A DNA stretch of 64,000 nucleotides, taken from assembly GCF_009914755.1 (NCBI RefSeq), contig NC_060932.1; one strand, written 5' to 3'. Of this stretch, positions 49,607-64,000 are shown piece by piece. Position 1 is the first letter of the stretch. Each line of letters begins with the position of its first letter. The stretch is from the human T2T-CHM13v2.0 reference genome, Homo sapiens. Both the position numbers and the translations under genes were made by a program. Below the pieces are notes generated by a model that worked only from the letters and a program-made list of their open reading frames with translations, did no database searches and had not been told where the DNA came from.

Positions 49607-52600
49607 TTAGGTACAAATCCAGAAGCCCTCAATTCCAAGTTGTTTGACTTTCAGCAACTTACAAATCCAAATGTTACAGATGAGAATACCAAATCAGGCA
49701 ACGTTGTTACTGCTTCCCACACACGCAATCATGCAATTATTTCAACCCTGCAGTTTAGTTTGTATCTCTACCTCCATCTGAAAAGTGCTCACCCTCTCTT
49801 CTTCTGGACCTTCTTTATTATTTAGGCATCCACTCAAGTCCACTCTCTTGCATTCATCTAAGCAATATTTCTTAAGCACTTACTATGTGCCATCCCTGGG
49901 TTAGATCCTGGAAACATGGATTTACATATGACAGATGTTACCTTCAAAGAACTCACAATGTAATAAAGGAGGCAAACAAAAGGACTGGTGATTTTCAAAC
50001 AGAACTGTCACTTCTACATGGCAAAGAAAAAAAAGCCAGAGTGGAGGGCTCAAGGGCATCAAGCCCAGTGGCTTCCAGTTTTTTGCATCTTACTCTCTCC
50101 ATGCCCTGTAACATAGATATTCCACAAATAAAACCTAAAGCTGATTTTCTGGGGATATTTATTCATCTAACAAACGCTTACTGAGCCCCCCTATGTACCC
50201 TGTATTATCAAATAAATAGCAATGAATGTTGTAAGATCCATGCATTCCACTACATAAACCACCATGTATGTCTGTGTGCAGATGGCAGGTATGTGTGTTT
50301 TGACTTCTCTGGTAGTAAATTATTTCATTTCCCTGTTACCCCAACTCTTCAAATTCAGGTAAACTCCTATCCTCATCCCCTTTCCTTTATTCACAGAGAA
50401 GTTAAGGCCAGATACTTAATACCCCCATCTTCCCCAGGTCTCCACTTCATCAATAATCTTTTACCCAACATCTTTAGGCTTTCCCCTTTCTCAGCATTCT
50501 TCCCCTCCAGCCAGCTTCCGTGACTCAAAAAGTCCAACTCTCTATTCGGCACTCCATTTAGGCCATAGTTTCCTCTTTGCCTCATCTTTGCCAGGATTCT
50601 GATGAGTACTTTAGACCTGAGGGATGACGCAGGCTTCCCAAAAGAAGTGAGGTGTTTTCCTCCCACTATCCACTCCCTCCTTAATAGATATCATCTATTC
50701 CTATGTTCCCAATCAACATTCTGGTGACTCCCAAATATTAACTGCAGCCTAGACACACCTTTCTTATGAATGTCAGACAAGTAAAACTGCAGCAGAAACA
50801 ATTTGCCTGTTTCAGTCTTCGCAAGTTACACAGAAACTGATGAGACATCCTTAACATCACTCTATGATCCATCACTTTCCTTTCATCTATCAGCAAATCC
50901 AACAGCTCTACACCTAACATACTGCTCAAATATTCAATGATATTTCTTTAAAAAAACAAACTGATTGCACAAAGGTCCAAATGCACGTGATCTTATTTCT
51001 ACCACTTTATGTGGACATTATTTATGAATTTCTCTTCTCCTAGTCTCTAAGCTTCCTATTTAGTGGTACACTCTGGGCACTTAACATGTATTAGTTCATA
51101 CCTCCCTTTTGGGCTTTGTTCTGAATCTCAAATGATCTTCATGAAAAACTCTGAGACATAACTATGTTCATTTCACAGATAAGGAAAATGAGGCTCAAAT
51201 GGGTTAGGTTCACAAAAGGGCATACTATACTGGTGTGTACAGAAAAGTCACAAAAATCATGGCCCATTTAGTATACACGATTTCATATTACACATGGAAA
51301 AATCCAAACTAGATTAAATGGTATGGAAAATTATTAGCTGACAGAACAAGAAGTCCAGTGATGGCACAAGTTCAGAATTAGCTGATTTGCATCTCGGTAG
51401 TTTCATCAAGCACTGTGCTTTTTTTTTTTTCTTTCTCCATTCTATTATCCATAGCACCGACTTTATCCTGAACCTGGGTCCCTTTGTAGCATCTAGACTA
51501 CAAGCTTTAGTTTTCATCTTGAAGCAGAAAGGGCTTGGTTGACTATGGCTTTTTCTCCCAAACCTCCTTCAAATTTTATTCTCTTTTCTCATTGGCCAGG
51601 AGTGAATTACATGCCTATTACTGAACTAACATGCTGGCAGTGGAAATAGGATTACCCTTAAACCAACTGACCAGCTCAGGTCAATTCCCCAAACCACACT
51701 GCTGCTACTCAACAGGGCTGTAGCAGAATGGATGCTGGGGAACCAACAACAATGCCCACTTTAGGCAGTGCTGGAAAGAGAACTTAGTAGCCAAAGCCTC
51801 TGAGAGCTTGAAGCTAATTACTGTTATTATCAATCAGCTTCTCCATCTCCAAAGACTGGCCTACTTACAATGAATATTCAATTAAATACATCAAAGTTGT
51901 GATTATTTTTAAAAGGTGTGCTTGTGTAGGGAGATGGGGGATTGGCATGGGATGGATTCAGACATTAATGAAGAAAAGAAAAATGTGTAGCTTTGATCTT
52001 TCTGTCTAGCTTTATCCTCTGCTGCTTCCTACCTTGAAATTCATGACCTAGGAATACCACTGAACTGCTGGTAGACCTCCTATTCTCTTCCCCTATCACC
52101 TCCCCACCAAATTTGACTCTTATACTTCCTTCACCTCTGATCACGGTGGTCCCACCACCTAGAAATGCTGGTCCTACTCCAACCTAATCCTATCTCCTGC
52201 TCTTTGGGAGGCTAAGTCCTATTCACCTCATGTCAGCTCAGACCTCTTCTTCAGAAAGCCTTTTAGGAGTCTCTGGCTACCACAGCAAGAAACCATTCCC
52301 TATGCTCCCTCATGCACAGTCCCCTGGTGCTTCATTTTCCTCACAGTACTAAGAATGTCCATGTAATTGATCTGTCTGCCTTGCCCAGCACAACTGTAAG
52401 CTCCTGGAAGGCAGGTACCATCTGTTTTTCATCTCCATGACTTCCATTCCTGAGTCCAGGACCTGGCACATAAGAGACATTAAGGAAACACTTGTTCAGC
52501 TGCAGAATGAACCAGCAATTCCCTTCCTTTACGCAATCATGCCTTAAATCAGAAGAAAGCTTTTCTCTGCTAGTAAATACTTGGCATTCAAAATGTAAGG

Positions 52601-53320
52601 TATCTATAAACAGGAGGCAGAATACAGTTTTTTGACTTTCCACACACGTAGACTTATTTTTCACACAAATATTTTAATCCTCCATAGCTGTTCCTTCCTC
52701 CACTGCAAACTCCCCAGTAGTTGATTTAGGTTTTTGTACTTAGAATTATTTATTTAAAACCATTTTTGATAGACTTTGCTTTGTTTTCCCTGAAATTTCA
52801 TGTCCCTAATATTTACAAATCAAACAACTCTCCAATGGCCTCTTACAATGCATGACCTCCATCTCTTTGCTTGTGTCAAAGGTGTCCCCTTTTGATTTCT
52901 CTTTTTTGTGTTCATCACTGCCCTTTCTTGTTTTCCCTAAAGTTATTTACTTAATTTAATGGGCTTGGCAGCTCACTGGTCGGCTTCGAGACCCTCTTCT
53001 CGTTTCCCTAATCTTCACCACCACTCCTGTGCCTGACGGATTCCTAGTCATTGAACTGACACCGCAGGCAGCTTGTGGTCTTTATGGGAAGTGCTGCTGC
53101 TGTCACTTTTACTTAATTTGAATGTCATTAATATTGAATTCTTCAAAATGAAGAGGTAAAAACCAAAATGAATTTCACAAACATTGCTCTTAAAAAAATT
53201 TAAGAGAGAAATGTTTCACTGCAAATGCACATATTTTAGCATTGTTTTGAAATGCCCTTTTGAAGGCACCATGTTTTTTTCATGTGTAAAAACCTACTTC
53301 CCCAGAAAATTGAAAACCAG

Positions 53321-53433
53321 GTGCATTGCTGGTGGGAATGTCAAGTGATACACCCCCTGTGGAAAACAGTATGGTGGTTCCTCAAAAAATTAAACACAGA
53401 ATTGTCATTTAATCCAACAATTCAACTTGTAGG

Positions 53434-53485
<52 letters not shown>

Positions 53486-53998
53486 AACTGAAAGCAGGAA
53501 CTCAAGATATTTGTATGCTCATGTACATAGCAGCATTATTCATAACAGTCAAACAGGCATAAACCAAATGCCTGTGGATGCATGAATGGATAAACACAAT
53601 GTGATACATATAATGAAATATTTTGCGCCTATAAAAGGAATGGCATTCTCATCCATGCTACAACATGCATGAACCTTGAAGACATTATGCTAAAGTGAAA
53701 TATGCCAGACAAAAATGGACAACTATTGGACGATTCACTTATATGAGTTAATCAAATCTACAGAGAAAGAAAATAGAACAATGGCTACACATGGGCTGTG
53801 GGAGAGAAAATGGGAAGTTATTGGTAAGTTATGGGTATAGTGTTTCACTTTGGGATGATGAAAACTCTCTGGAGATGGATGGTGATGATAGTTATACAAT
53901 AATGTGAATGTGCCTAATGCCACTGAACCATATAATTAAAAATGATTAAAATGATGAATTTAATGTATATTTTGTCACAATAAAAAAATAAAAACTTA
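53321..53998 (+). mobile_element. L1MB-like 3' end with embedded (CA)n (53439-53484)
   Basis: gcattgctggtgggaatgt...ggaaaacagtatgg, atagcagcattattcataa, A-rich 3' terminus. Confidence 0.85.
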
Positions 53999-54804
53999 AA
54001 AACCCCACTCCCTCTCATTTTAACTTCCCTAATACCTCCATAAATGGAAAGAGAGGTTCCAAAGATATTTTTATTCAAAGGTTTGAGAGTTTATTTATGA
54101 ATAATATCATCGTGATTTTCATCTAGAATGTTATTTTATTTTTTAATAAAATGGTAAAAATTATAGCTCAAAAGTATGAGGTTACTTCAGAATTTTCCTG
54201 GAAAGGAAATGTTCTCCAAAACAGGTCTTGTCCTAATCAGCAGAAGCAGGGCTTGGATTGCTGATTGCTGGAAATGAGCCTGGGCTCTCCAAGGCTTAGT
54301 GGCTGAGGGATGCCATTCTCATGTGATTTAGGTGACAGTAACAGGCTATCTGGAATGAAGTGCCAGGCCTTGTTTTCTCTGCTCACAGTGATGCTAGAAG
54401 AGTTGAGGGGTGCATTGGCATCTGCTGTCATTCCCAAGAACAAGTGCATCTTAGTCTCCAGGAAGCCACCCAACTTCCAGTTCTTCCAATCTCCACCCAC
54501 ACCACTCTCTGTCATGAAACAAGGGATGGAGACTTATTAAATTTTAATGTTCCTCTATTCTGAGTTTTGCCTTGAATAGAGACACTGTGAAAACACTCCC
54601 AGTTGCCCCTCAGAATGAGCTGGCTCCCCAACCAAGGAACCCCCACATAGAAACTGCAAGCAGTGCCCTGAAATGTGTTGTGCTTCTCTACCTTGACAGA
54701 ACTGACCTTTTACATCATATGCTCTTCCTTTCCCTTATTTGCATAGATAACTGCTTCAGGAAATATTAATTTTTCTCTTTTTTCTACTGTAAAGCTTTAA
54801 CTAG

Positions 54805-55158
<354 letters not shown>

Positions 55159-55909
55159 ACCTCTTTTTCTTATATGATCTGTATGTGTGTGTATGTACCA
55201 TGTGTTGCAAATATTTATTGACAGGTCTGCTAAATCTATGACTAGGAGCCCCCAGAAGAAGTGACTACTTCTTGCTGAGCTTTACAAATGTAGTGTGTAG
55301 CCACATAACTACCTTACAGTAGGTGCTCAATCATTGTTTATAGACTGAGCATAGATATGATGGAAAGATACTGATTGAATCCTACTCACTGCCATTCGGT
55401 ACTGATGCGTAACATATATTTTTCAAAAAAGCAAATAAAAGTTGCTTCCAATCTAATTGTGTAATTCACCAAAAATGTTAAATCACAAAACCATAAAGCT
55501 ATCCTGAAACTACTGATTTATTTGACTGCCATCTGCAAAGCAGAGACTATCTTATTCATCTTTGCACCTGCAAAGCCTAAACAGTTGTACATACTCAACC
55601 CTCAATAAATGTTGCTAAATGAATCAGTGACCTTAAAAACAAATATACTCCAATCCCCACCATTAGTTATTAGAATTGAGATAGGTTATTTCAAATTTCA
55701 TGTTTATGTCTTGCTTCTAGCTAAAGTTCCTGAAGGAGATGGTCCTTCTTTAACACTTCCCTAATATAATATACACATAACACTCTCCAATATGTTTAAT
55801 TCATTATATTAATTATTATAGGTGCTTCATTTATTGTATTCTGGATTCGAATTCAGCAGAGACTACCCTCAAGAAGTAATGTGAACATCACAAAAAGTCT
55901 GTAACTCTT

Positions 55910-56385
55910 TGTAGCAGACACTTCTGATGGGCTACACATTCTCAACACTCTCATTTTTGCCACCTACTAAAGTATGGCTACAACGCCAATAGCAAATTTC
56001 ACAGCTTCCCTTGCAGCTACAAGTGAGGTTGATGACAGATTCCTCCCTAGGGCACATAAGCAGAAGTTTGATGGGAAACAAACAGTTCTGGAACTGACAA
56101 AAGAGGAAAGATCTTAACATCACTCTTCCCCTTTGTCTCTGCCTTAAAGGCATATGTGATATCTAGAACTGCTACAGTACATGCTGTGACCACAGGGCTA
56201 CAAAGATGAAAAAAAGTCAAGAGAATAATAGTCACATTGGCTCTGACATCATTGGGCTACTCGAACTTTGTTCTTCATTATTCTCCTCTGGACTTGAGAG
56301 TCTGTGAGAAAAGTAATTCTCTGCTTATTAAGCCATGGTTAGTCGTGTCTTCTACAACTTTCAGATGAACCCCTGCAAAATGACA
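55910..56385. mobile_element. Ancient MLT1-type LTR
   Basis: cttcccttgcagctacaagtgagg, tctagaactgctacag, gtgagaaaagtaattctctgcttattaagcca. Confidence 0.55.
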
Positions 56386-56876
56386 CATTTCCATTTTAAC
56401 CAATAACATAGGATTGTTTAGCCCTTCTTTTTAAAAGAGAAAACAGAAATCCTAGTAAAATGTTCTGGTCTGGGTTTCACAGCTCCTATTATGACTTAGA
56501 AAGCTGAATAAGTATAGTATGAATAACAGATATACCTTAGGAATATACCTTAGGAATACATGTTATTATCAGTAAACACTGACATCAGAGGTAATCAATC
56601 CAGATGACACTCTGAAGACCTGAGGATGAAACTTTCTTGCTTAGCTGGGGTCCTAAGGTACCCAGAAAAGTGCCCAGATCATTCATGAAAACTTTTGCAT
56701 CAATGAATGGGGATGGGAATGTGTTCCTGTGTGTCTGGTCATTAATGTGTTGACATAAAAATACAACAACTGTACCAGAAAGTATGTCTCAGGAACACAG
56801 GCTTGGTTTAGCTAATAGAAAGGGAGCACAACATCTCCTTGGGCAAAGGAAACTGCCCAGCAGATATCTTCTAGGA

Positions 56877-57205
56877 CAGGGGTCAGCAAACTATGGCCCA
56901 TTGACCAAATCCATCCTGCTGTTTGTTTTCATGTGGTTTGTGACCCCAAAATAGTTTTTACATTTTAAAGTGATTGGAAAAAAACATTTTATGACACATG
57001 GGAATTACATGAAATTCAAAGTTCAATGTCCATAAAGTGTTACTGGAAAATAATAAATGAGGCATGCTCATTTATCTATATAGTGTTCATGTCTGCTTTT
57101 GTGCTACAATGGCAGCAGTGAGTAACTGTGACACAGACCACGTGGCCTGCAAAGACTGAAATATTTACTGGCTGGCTCTTTGCAGAAAAAGTTTGCTGGC
57201 CCTTG
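56877..57205. mobile_element. MER58B-like hAT-Charlie MITE
   Basis: TIRs caggggtcagcaaact / agtttgctggcccttg. Degenerate 8-bp TSD ttctagga / ctctaggg. Confidence 0.85.
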
Positions 57206-58389
57206 CTCTAGGGTAGAGTATAACCATAACCTGAAGGGCACTGGGACCTGATAACCCCAGCCTCCTTTACTCTAGCAACATCAAGGAAGAACTTATGGGT
57301 CTTTGCAGGACTAGCCTCTGACTTATTCTGTACTTCCCCACTCCCAGCTAATTTAAATGAGCTAAATTATGCTGAATTTTATCACTTGGGTCAGGCAATG
57401 AGGAGACAGAATATGATTTCCAAATTTCTCCTTGGTCAGCTAAATGTGATATTACATATACTTGCTGAAGCTTAAAATTTCTATAGAGGTCTTTTTCCCA
57501 CTATCAAAAACAGGGGTAAAATATAAATGTCCAGAAGGGTAATTCAGCAGCATTAAAAGCTGAACATGTCCACCCCCAGCAAGTCTAAGTGGCCAATAAT
57601 AGATGGCTCCCCTATTCCATGCAAGAAGAGACTGGAAAAAAAGAAGTTATTACATCAATGAGAAAGACAGGGGAAGAAACTAAATGGAAACTGAAAGACT
57701 GAACCCACAAAACTCGTGCTATTGTCCTCACAAATCTGCCCACAGTAGCCTGACAATGATGATGTGGCTGCCCAAGCTGGACCTACATGACTGTTCAGCA
57801 CAGCCAGACGTTCAAACCACATGCAGCAGTGTAAGGACATGGTCTTCTCTGGGCCCCACGATGCTCACTCACTCTGGTTTACTTGTCTACAGAAACAATT
57901 TCATCTTTGTAAAAACAGTTCGCTATAATGGAATCTAGTTTTCCAAAGACTACTTAAGTTTAATCACCACATCAAATATTCACTTGTCCTACACTTGATA
58001 CATAGACAACCTAAAACAATGGAAATTAAAATAATGCTTAACTTAGGTATTGCAGAATCAGTAAAGTGGGGACAGACTTTAGAAGATGTCCAAGGCATGA
58101 ATATTAACTCTTCTCATTCATGAGGAGAATACAAGGGCAGACACATGCAGAAGTTCTATGATGCTTTAGACAAGGGATTCAGGTATCACTTTGAGAGATT
58201 GATAAGTGGTCTACACTGGTGACTTTAAAAATATTTTTAACTATGATACTACAGAAAGAGATTTCACATTGTGAATCCATGACCAATCATCTTTATGTAT
58301 ATGAATTGAACCACGTTTTTATGAAATATTACTTTCCTTTACTACATATCATCTACTCTTTATTTTTTTAAATAAAGTAGTTCCTCTTG

Positions 58390-59700
58390 CATCCTTCAGG
58401 GAAGAAGAAATAGACATACTTTTCTCCATTCATCCCACTTAGTAAAGTTAAAAATGATGGACATTATATATGAGACAAACATAAGACAACTGAATGGTAA
58501 AGAGAAGGAAGACAATCTAAAGACCTTGAAGGACCTTGAATAATCTGGTGGTGAGTTCTCTCAGCTTCCTTTTGCCTCGTATATCCCAGACTTAGAACTA
58601 AGAAACCTGCAACTTGGGAAGAGCTATGGGCACAGAAAAAAAATAATATACAAGAGCTTGCTCTCTGTAACCAAAGGACCAGGAAAGAGACAGCCTAGCA
58701 AGGTAGGAAACATGTAGATAATAACTGCTTTACTCAAACATTACAGAAAAGAAATGTGACCCAACCACCACATCAGTAAAGGCTGATTGTAAAGCCTAGA
58801 CTCACACCCTCACCAGGCTGCACTTAGGTACCCCAATACTCCCAGGAGAATGCCATAGAAGGCCAAGTAGGGAGTCCAGGTTTTCATCTCTGTCAATTGG
58901 TAAAGAGGGTACCTCCTCATCTCCAAAATGTCAGCTGAGATGATATGGCAAGGCTGGATTTTCACCTCTACCAGTTTATGAGAGGTGAGCCTTCCTTCCT
59001 GCGATTGTGTCAGAGGAAGTCTGGTAGACAGGACTTTCACTATTACCCAGCCATAAGGAAGAAGTCCTACCTTTCAGGTATCAACTGAGATTGAGCGGGG
59101 AACCTGGATTTATAACTCTACCTGGCAGTAAGTAAGTGGTATCTCCTCTTTTCCCTGGCCAGACTGGCATTTTAAAAAGCTAGCTGAAATAAAAGGTTTA
59201 AATAAAATCTAGAGTCTCATAACACAACATGTAAATATCCAGGTTTCAATAGAAAATCACTCATAACCAGGAAGATACCAAACTGAAAGACAAAAGACAA
59301 TCCATAGACACCAACATCCAGATGACAGAGACATCAGAACTATCTGAGAAAAATTTTAAAGCAGCTATACTAAAAATGCTTCACTAAGCAATTACACTTG
59401 ACACAAATGGAAAAAATAAGCTTTTCCAAGAACTAAAGTCTCTGCAGAGAAATATAAGACATGAAGAATAACCAAATGGAAATGTTATAACTGAAATATA
59501 TAATAAACAAAATAAAAAGCTCAGGTGGATAGGCTCAAGAGCAGAATGGAGGAAACAAAGGATAATTGGAAAGGGTAGAGGGCACTTGGAGAACAGAAAT
59601 GTTCTCCACCTTGCTTTTGGTTACATGATACAAGCATCAAAACTCATCGAACTTAACACTTAAAATATGTACTTTTATGGTATATAAATTAATCTCAAAA
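58390..59700 (+). mobile_element. Ancient L1M fragments (5'UTR/ORF1-like, then a 3'-end piece)
   Basis: A-rich ORF1-like text (agaactatctgagaaaaattttaaagcagctatactaaaaatgc, gaccaaatggaaatg-like, aggctcaagagcagaatggag). Confidence 0.6.
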
Positions 59701-60516
59701 ATACAACAAAACAGAATTAAATACAAGCACTAGATATATTTTATTTTTCAAAAGCGTTTATAAATGACTTTTGATTTACATGTTTTCATTCCTAACTCTA
59801 TTCTCGGCCAACACACATTAGTTGAAATCCAAGCTCTACCATTTTCTTACAATATATTTTCAAGCATGGGCAAGTTATATCATCTCTTTTCTGTAAAATG
59901 GCAATACTAATATTACCCTATTTTTTACACTCACATTATTATTGTGTTGATAAAGAGAAATAACACATATAAAATTCTTGACACCTACCATGTGTTCAAT
60001 GAACATAAATCCTCCACTTTTACCCATTGCCCTCCTACATCACAGTAGACAAATATTACATGCTAACAATTTTAATAACAGTTAAATAAACAAAATAGTA
60101 CCATGCACTTTTAAAGGATAAATACAGTATAGACATAAAAAGTGCAACCTACCTGGAAAAAACAAACTAAAGTATAATTCAGTAGGAAGACAAGAAGGAA
60201 AAAAGAACAGCTTTTCAAATACATAAAAAAAAACCTGGGAGCAAATTGGGAAATGAGGTTAAAAATAAGAAATAAAAGCAAATATCTCCACCTCATAACA
60301 TAGTTTCCACTGACAAGCTGACTGCATTCTCTGTGAAACCAAGCTAATGAAAAAAAAGGTGACCCTAATCATTTAGGAAGTCTTTACATATGACAGTTGG
60401 GTATTTTGGGAGGGAAGAAGGAAAAAGTATAGAATTAACATATTCAAAGGACTTTTCATCCTCTAACATGAAGGTGGTGATACCTATTAAAAAAAGGGGA
60501 AGACTAAGAGATGCTA

Positions 60517-60807
<291 letters not shown>

Positions 60808-60939
60808 GCAAATAGAGGAAAAAAAATGGCAAATGGGAAATGAAATGAAATTCAGACTGATACCACATAGTTCCCATGTTACTCTGGGGAATAAGATTTT
60901 TTTTTCCTCTGCATTTTAATTATTGTTTAGTAGGTAAAT

Positions 60940-61150
60940 AATGGGCTTTGGAGTCAAATCTGGCTGTCCCCACTGACTAGCTGTATGGCCTTGGTCAAGT
61001 TACTTCCCTTTAGGTTAGTGTTGTTTTACCTATAAGATTAGAATAATGATAACTTCTTTATAATATTTTAGAATAATTAAAGCATATTTAAAGTGTTTAG
61101 TCAATACATAGAAAGTGGTACATAGAAAGTGCTCAGCAAACAGTAACCAC
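60940..61150. mobile_element. MIR SINE
   Basis: gggctttggagtca...ctagctgtatggccttggtcaagttactt...aagtgctcagcaaa. Confidence 0.65.
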
Positions 61151-61980
61151 TGCTGTAATTATTACTTCCTTTACTGTTATTAATATTATTTTAATGATAT
61201 TGATTTCTTCAAAAGTCAAATATCTAGATCATTTGTACATACATCTGCATATACTTGTACACACAGCTCCACTAACAGAAACAGGTGATTAGTATTGTTA
61301 GGGAAGGTAGAAGGTTACAAAGGTCAGACACAGGCTTCAGGGAAGAAAAAGATAAAATTCTCTTGAAGGTTCTGTTCTGGAAATAAAAACAAAAAAGAAT
61401 ATTCCAGGCAGAAACAGAAGTATCTATCAAACCACAGAAATATGTAAAAGCCATGAGAGGTTCTGGTTTGACTTAATGAACATGAGCATTTCTCTTCTCA
61501 GGGAGGGTGGGGCAAGATAATATTAGCAGGCAATTTTGTTTGCTTACTCTGTCTATTCATAGTAACATTCAGACTAAAGGAACATTCAAGTTTAACAAAC
61601 TCCATCCCTTGTTGCACTTGATCTTCACAAATGTCTATATATGCATGTGTATATGTGCATATAACATATATATATTTTTTGTAATCAAAAATCACATTCT
61701 CTAAAATGAGTGATATAATGATGAAGGAAATGGACAGAGCTTAATTCATGAATTGAGAATTAACACTTTAAAAACTTGCAGTGGTCCAAAGGCTAAAAGT
61801 AGTTCAAAGTTCAATGGAGCCATTGATAAGTATACGAGTTGCTAAAGACTCCTTAAAAAAAACAAGTTCCTTTTCAAATACCTTGAATTTACCAAGAAAA
61901 CTGACAAGATGCCATCAGAGGTGGTATTACTAATAACAGCTCAATACTTCTGAATGTACCTTGGTCCATCTTTTGAAATT

Positions 61981-62160
61981 ACACTGTCCAATACAGGAGC
62001 CAGTGGTCACTATTTTAAATTATGTTTTTTTAATTTAAAATTTAGTTCCTCAGTTGCACTAGCCACATTTCTGTAGCCACATGTGGCTGTGTACAGCATA
62101 ACGGACAGTGCAGATTGTTAAATATTTCGATTATCACATAAAGTCCTATTGAATAGTGCA
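61981..62160. mobile_element. MER3/MER33-like hAT-Charlie MITE
   Basis: cactgtccaatacaggagcc...ttcctcagttgcactagccacattt...cctattgaatagtgc. Confidence 0.7.
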
Positions 62161-64000
62161 AGTTTGAAAAATTATCAGTGTCCTTTAACACTGGGAGAAC
62201 CCAATGTTAAAGTCAATGTGTTTTTTTCTGTAAATGTTAGTTTTAAAAAGAACAGAGAAAAGTAGAATTTGAGGTCAGAAATTACGTCGGAAAATTATTT
62301 TCTTTTCTATAGTTGTGTAATTGTTTGTAATGATCTAAGTAACCACATCTACACTTCCAGAATTACAAAAAAATAAACATAATGCCACTATTCTAAAAAT
62401 GTAGTTCTTTAATAAACAGCCTTCATAACCTGTCTGCTGTTCTGACTTTCATACACATTCTAGACAGTTTTATAAAAGCGACTTCCTATTTAGTTATTTT
62501 AGACAACTGTCAGATCTTTGAATAACCTGTCCCCCACACTGATTGCTTCTATGTCACAAATCACAGTTATTTTCTTGTTATAAGCTTTTAGAGACCCCAG
62601 ATTATCTCTGAGGGAGAAAGAGATGAACAGGGATTCAGAGATAAATCAGCTCTGGTAAAGCTCACAGTTTACTAAAATAGTGGCTCCCAAATGTCTTCCT
62701 AAAGAGGAGATAAATATGTGAGGAAGCTCTCGGTGGTCCTCAGCAAAATGAAGAAAAAAAACAGCTCTGTAAGCTTTCCATTGGCCAAATGTTTTCAGTG
62801 TGAAGGTCTGTTCTTGATTATTCTACTGTCTTGTCTGCATTTTTTGGTGTTAACCCCATTTTATGAAATTAGATAAGATACATTAAGTGTGTATGTATCT
62901 GTGCACATGAGTTTTAATGTTAGCAAAAGAAAAAAAACCTATAGAAACTCTGTGTCCCCTATTTTGAAAACTACGAAAGCTAAAGGTTTGAGTACTTCTA
63001 TGCAACTGACCAAAAAATAGGCTAGCCAATAGTTACGTTGTAGATGATATAGTGGTAAGGGGAGGTGGAAATAAAAGCTGTGGAGAAAGTAATAATAAGA
63101 GGCTGCAAAATTGAAAAAGGAAACGTTTACCTCCAAGCCAAGAAAATCAGGAAAGACTACGAGAAAAAAATGATACAGGACCCATTACAATGAGTGCATG
63201 GAGCCTTGGGTATTAGAATAAGACATCTGAATTTTTTTTTCACTAAGCAGGTGGAAAGCCAATAAATGTTTAAAGCAGGGAGAAACTTAGCCCATGTGGT
63301 TTCAGTAATACAAATGAATAAACACAGGCTGGCAATATTCCTGTGTTGATATACAAGCATCCTTCGTGATGCAATTTGTCTCATTAAAACCTTCTCTCCT
63401 ATTCCAACATATACCTGTATTCCTTAATCTCCTAAAGTGTTTATCTGCACTACTCAGGGCAGTGTATTTCCACTTTTTCAAGTCACTACCATAAAGTTAG
63501 ACATTCCCTAAATAATGTCGTTGTTCATCAACACCATTACCTACATCCCTTTAGATACCGGGGCCATCAGAGAAGATACATAATGACTGCTGGTTCAAAT
63601 CAACACATATCCCATATCCCTCATGTTCCCACCCATGCATCCTACAGCCCAGCACTGGTGGATGTGCATCCTATGGACGTCTTAATCACATACATGCACA
63701 TTGCTCTAAGAAACAAGTGAAGAAACAAAACATCAAGCAAATGGCAGACAGTGTGACTGCATATTTAGGGAAGGATTTATATTCCTACTTAGCTTTTCAA
63801 ATCAGACAATGCTTCTAAAATATTTTACCAGTATTCTCATTGGTCTAGATCTCATTGGCTGATATATTAAAAAACAAACAAAAAAGGCTAAAGAATCCAC
63901 TCGGAAAGATTAGCAATTCATTTTATGGTGGTGTAAATTATTTCTAAAGATGCTTCCAGTCAGTTCTCAATATGACAGCCATTAAAACATTGTAAACACC

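Noticed and set aside
56530-56560. Short tandem duplications (atataccttagga twice; similarly tacatagaaagtg twice at ~61105-61131)
   Set aside because: Ordinary slippage duplications, not an array.

Overview
Primate (most likely human) genomic DNA, almost entirely intronic. The only host-gene coding sequence I can support is a 179-bp minus-strand exon (49229-49407) whose peptide I recognise as SAMD12 exon 2, so the window would span the end of intron 1 (right) and about 49 kb of intron 2 (left). The rest is transposon-derived: a decayed L1PA5/6-type LINE-1 (minus, 1-4631, running off the left edge), an older L1M 5' end, a full-length L1PA3-type LINE-1 (plus, ~17049-23218) inserted into an MLT2 LTR, Alus, MaLR LTRs (THE1/MST/MLT1), hAT and Tigger MITEs, L2/MIR fossils and (CA)n repeats. 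I found no new gene system. The most notable observations are: (1) the two head-to-head L1s of different ages share five non-consensus ORF1 substitutions, pointing to ectopic gene conversion between inverted repeats; (2) both keep long open ORF0 frames that read out into flanking DNA towards each other, one gaining a hydrophobic tail; (3) the full-length L1 sits in a 'gene-breaking' orientation within SAMD12; (4) a THE1 provirus shows a 33-bp microinversion in one LTR and appears to share its target site with a neighbouring LTR. Subfamily assignments and consensus comparisons come from memory of the consensus sequences and need confirmation with Dfam/RepeatMasker.
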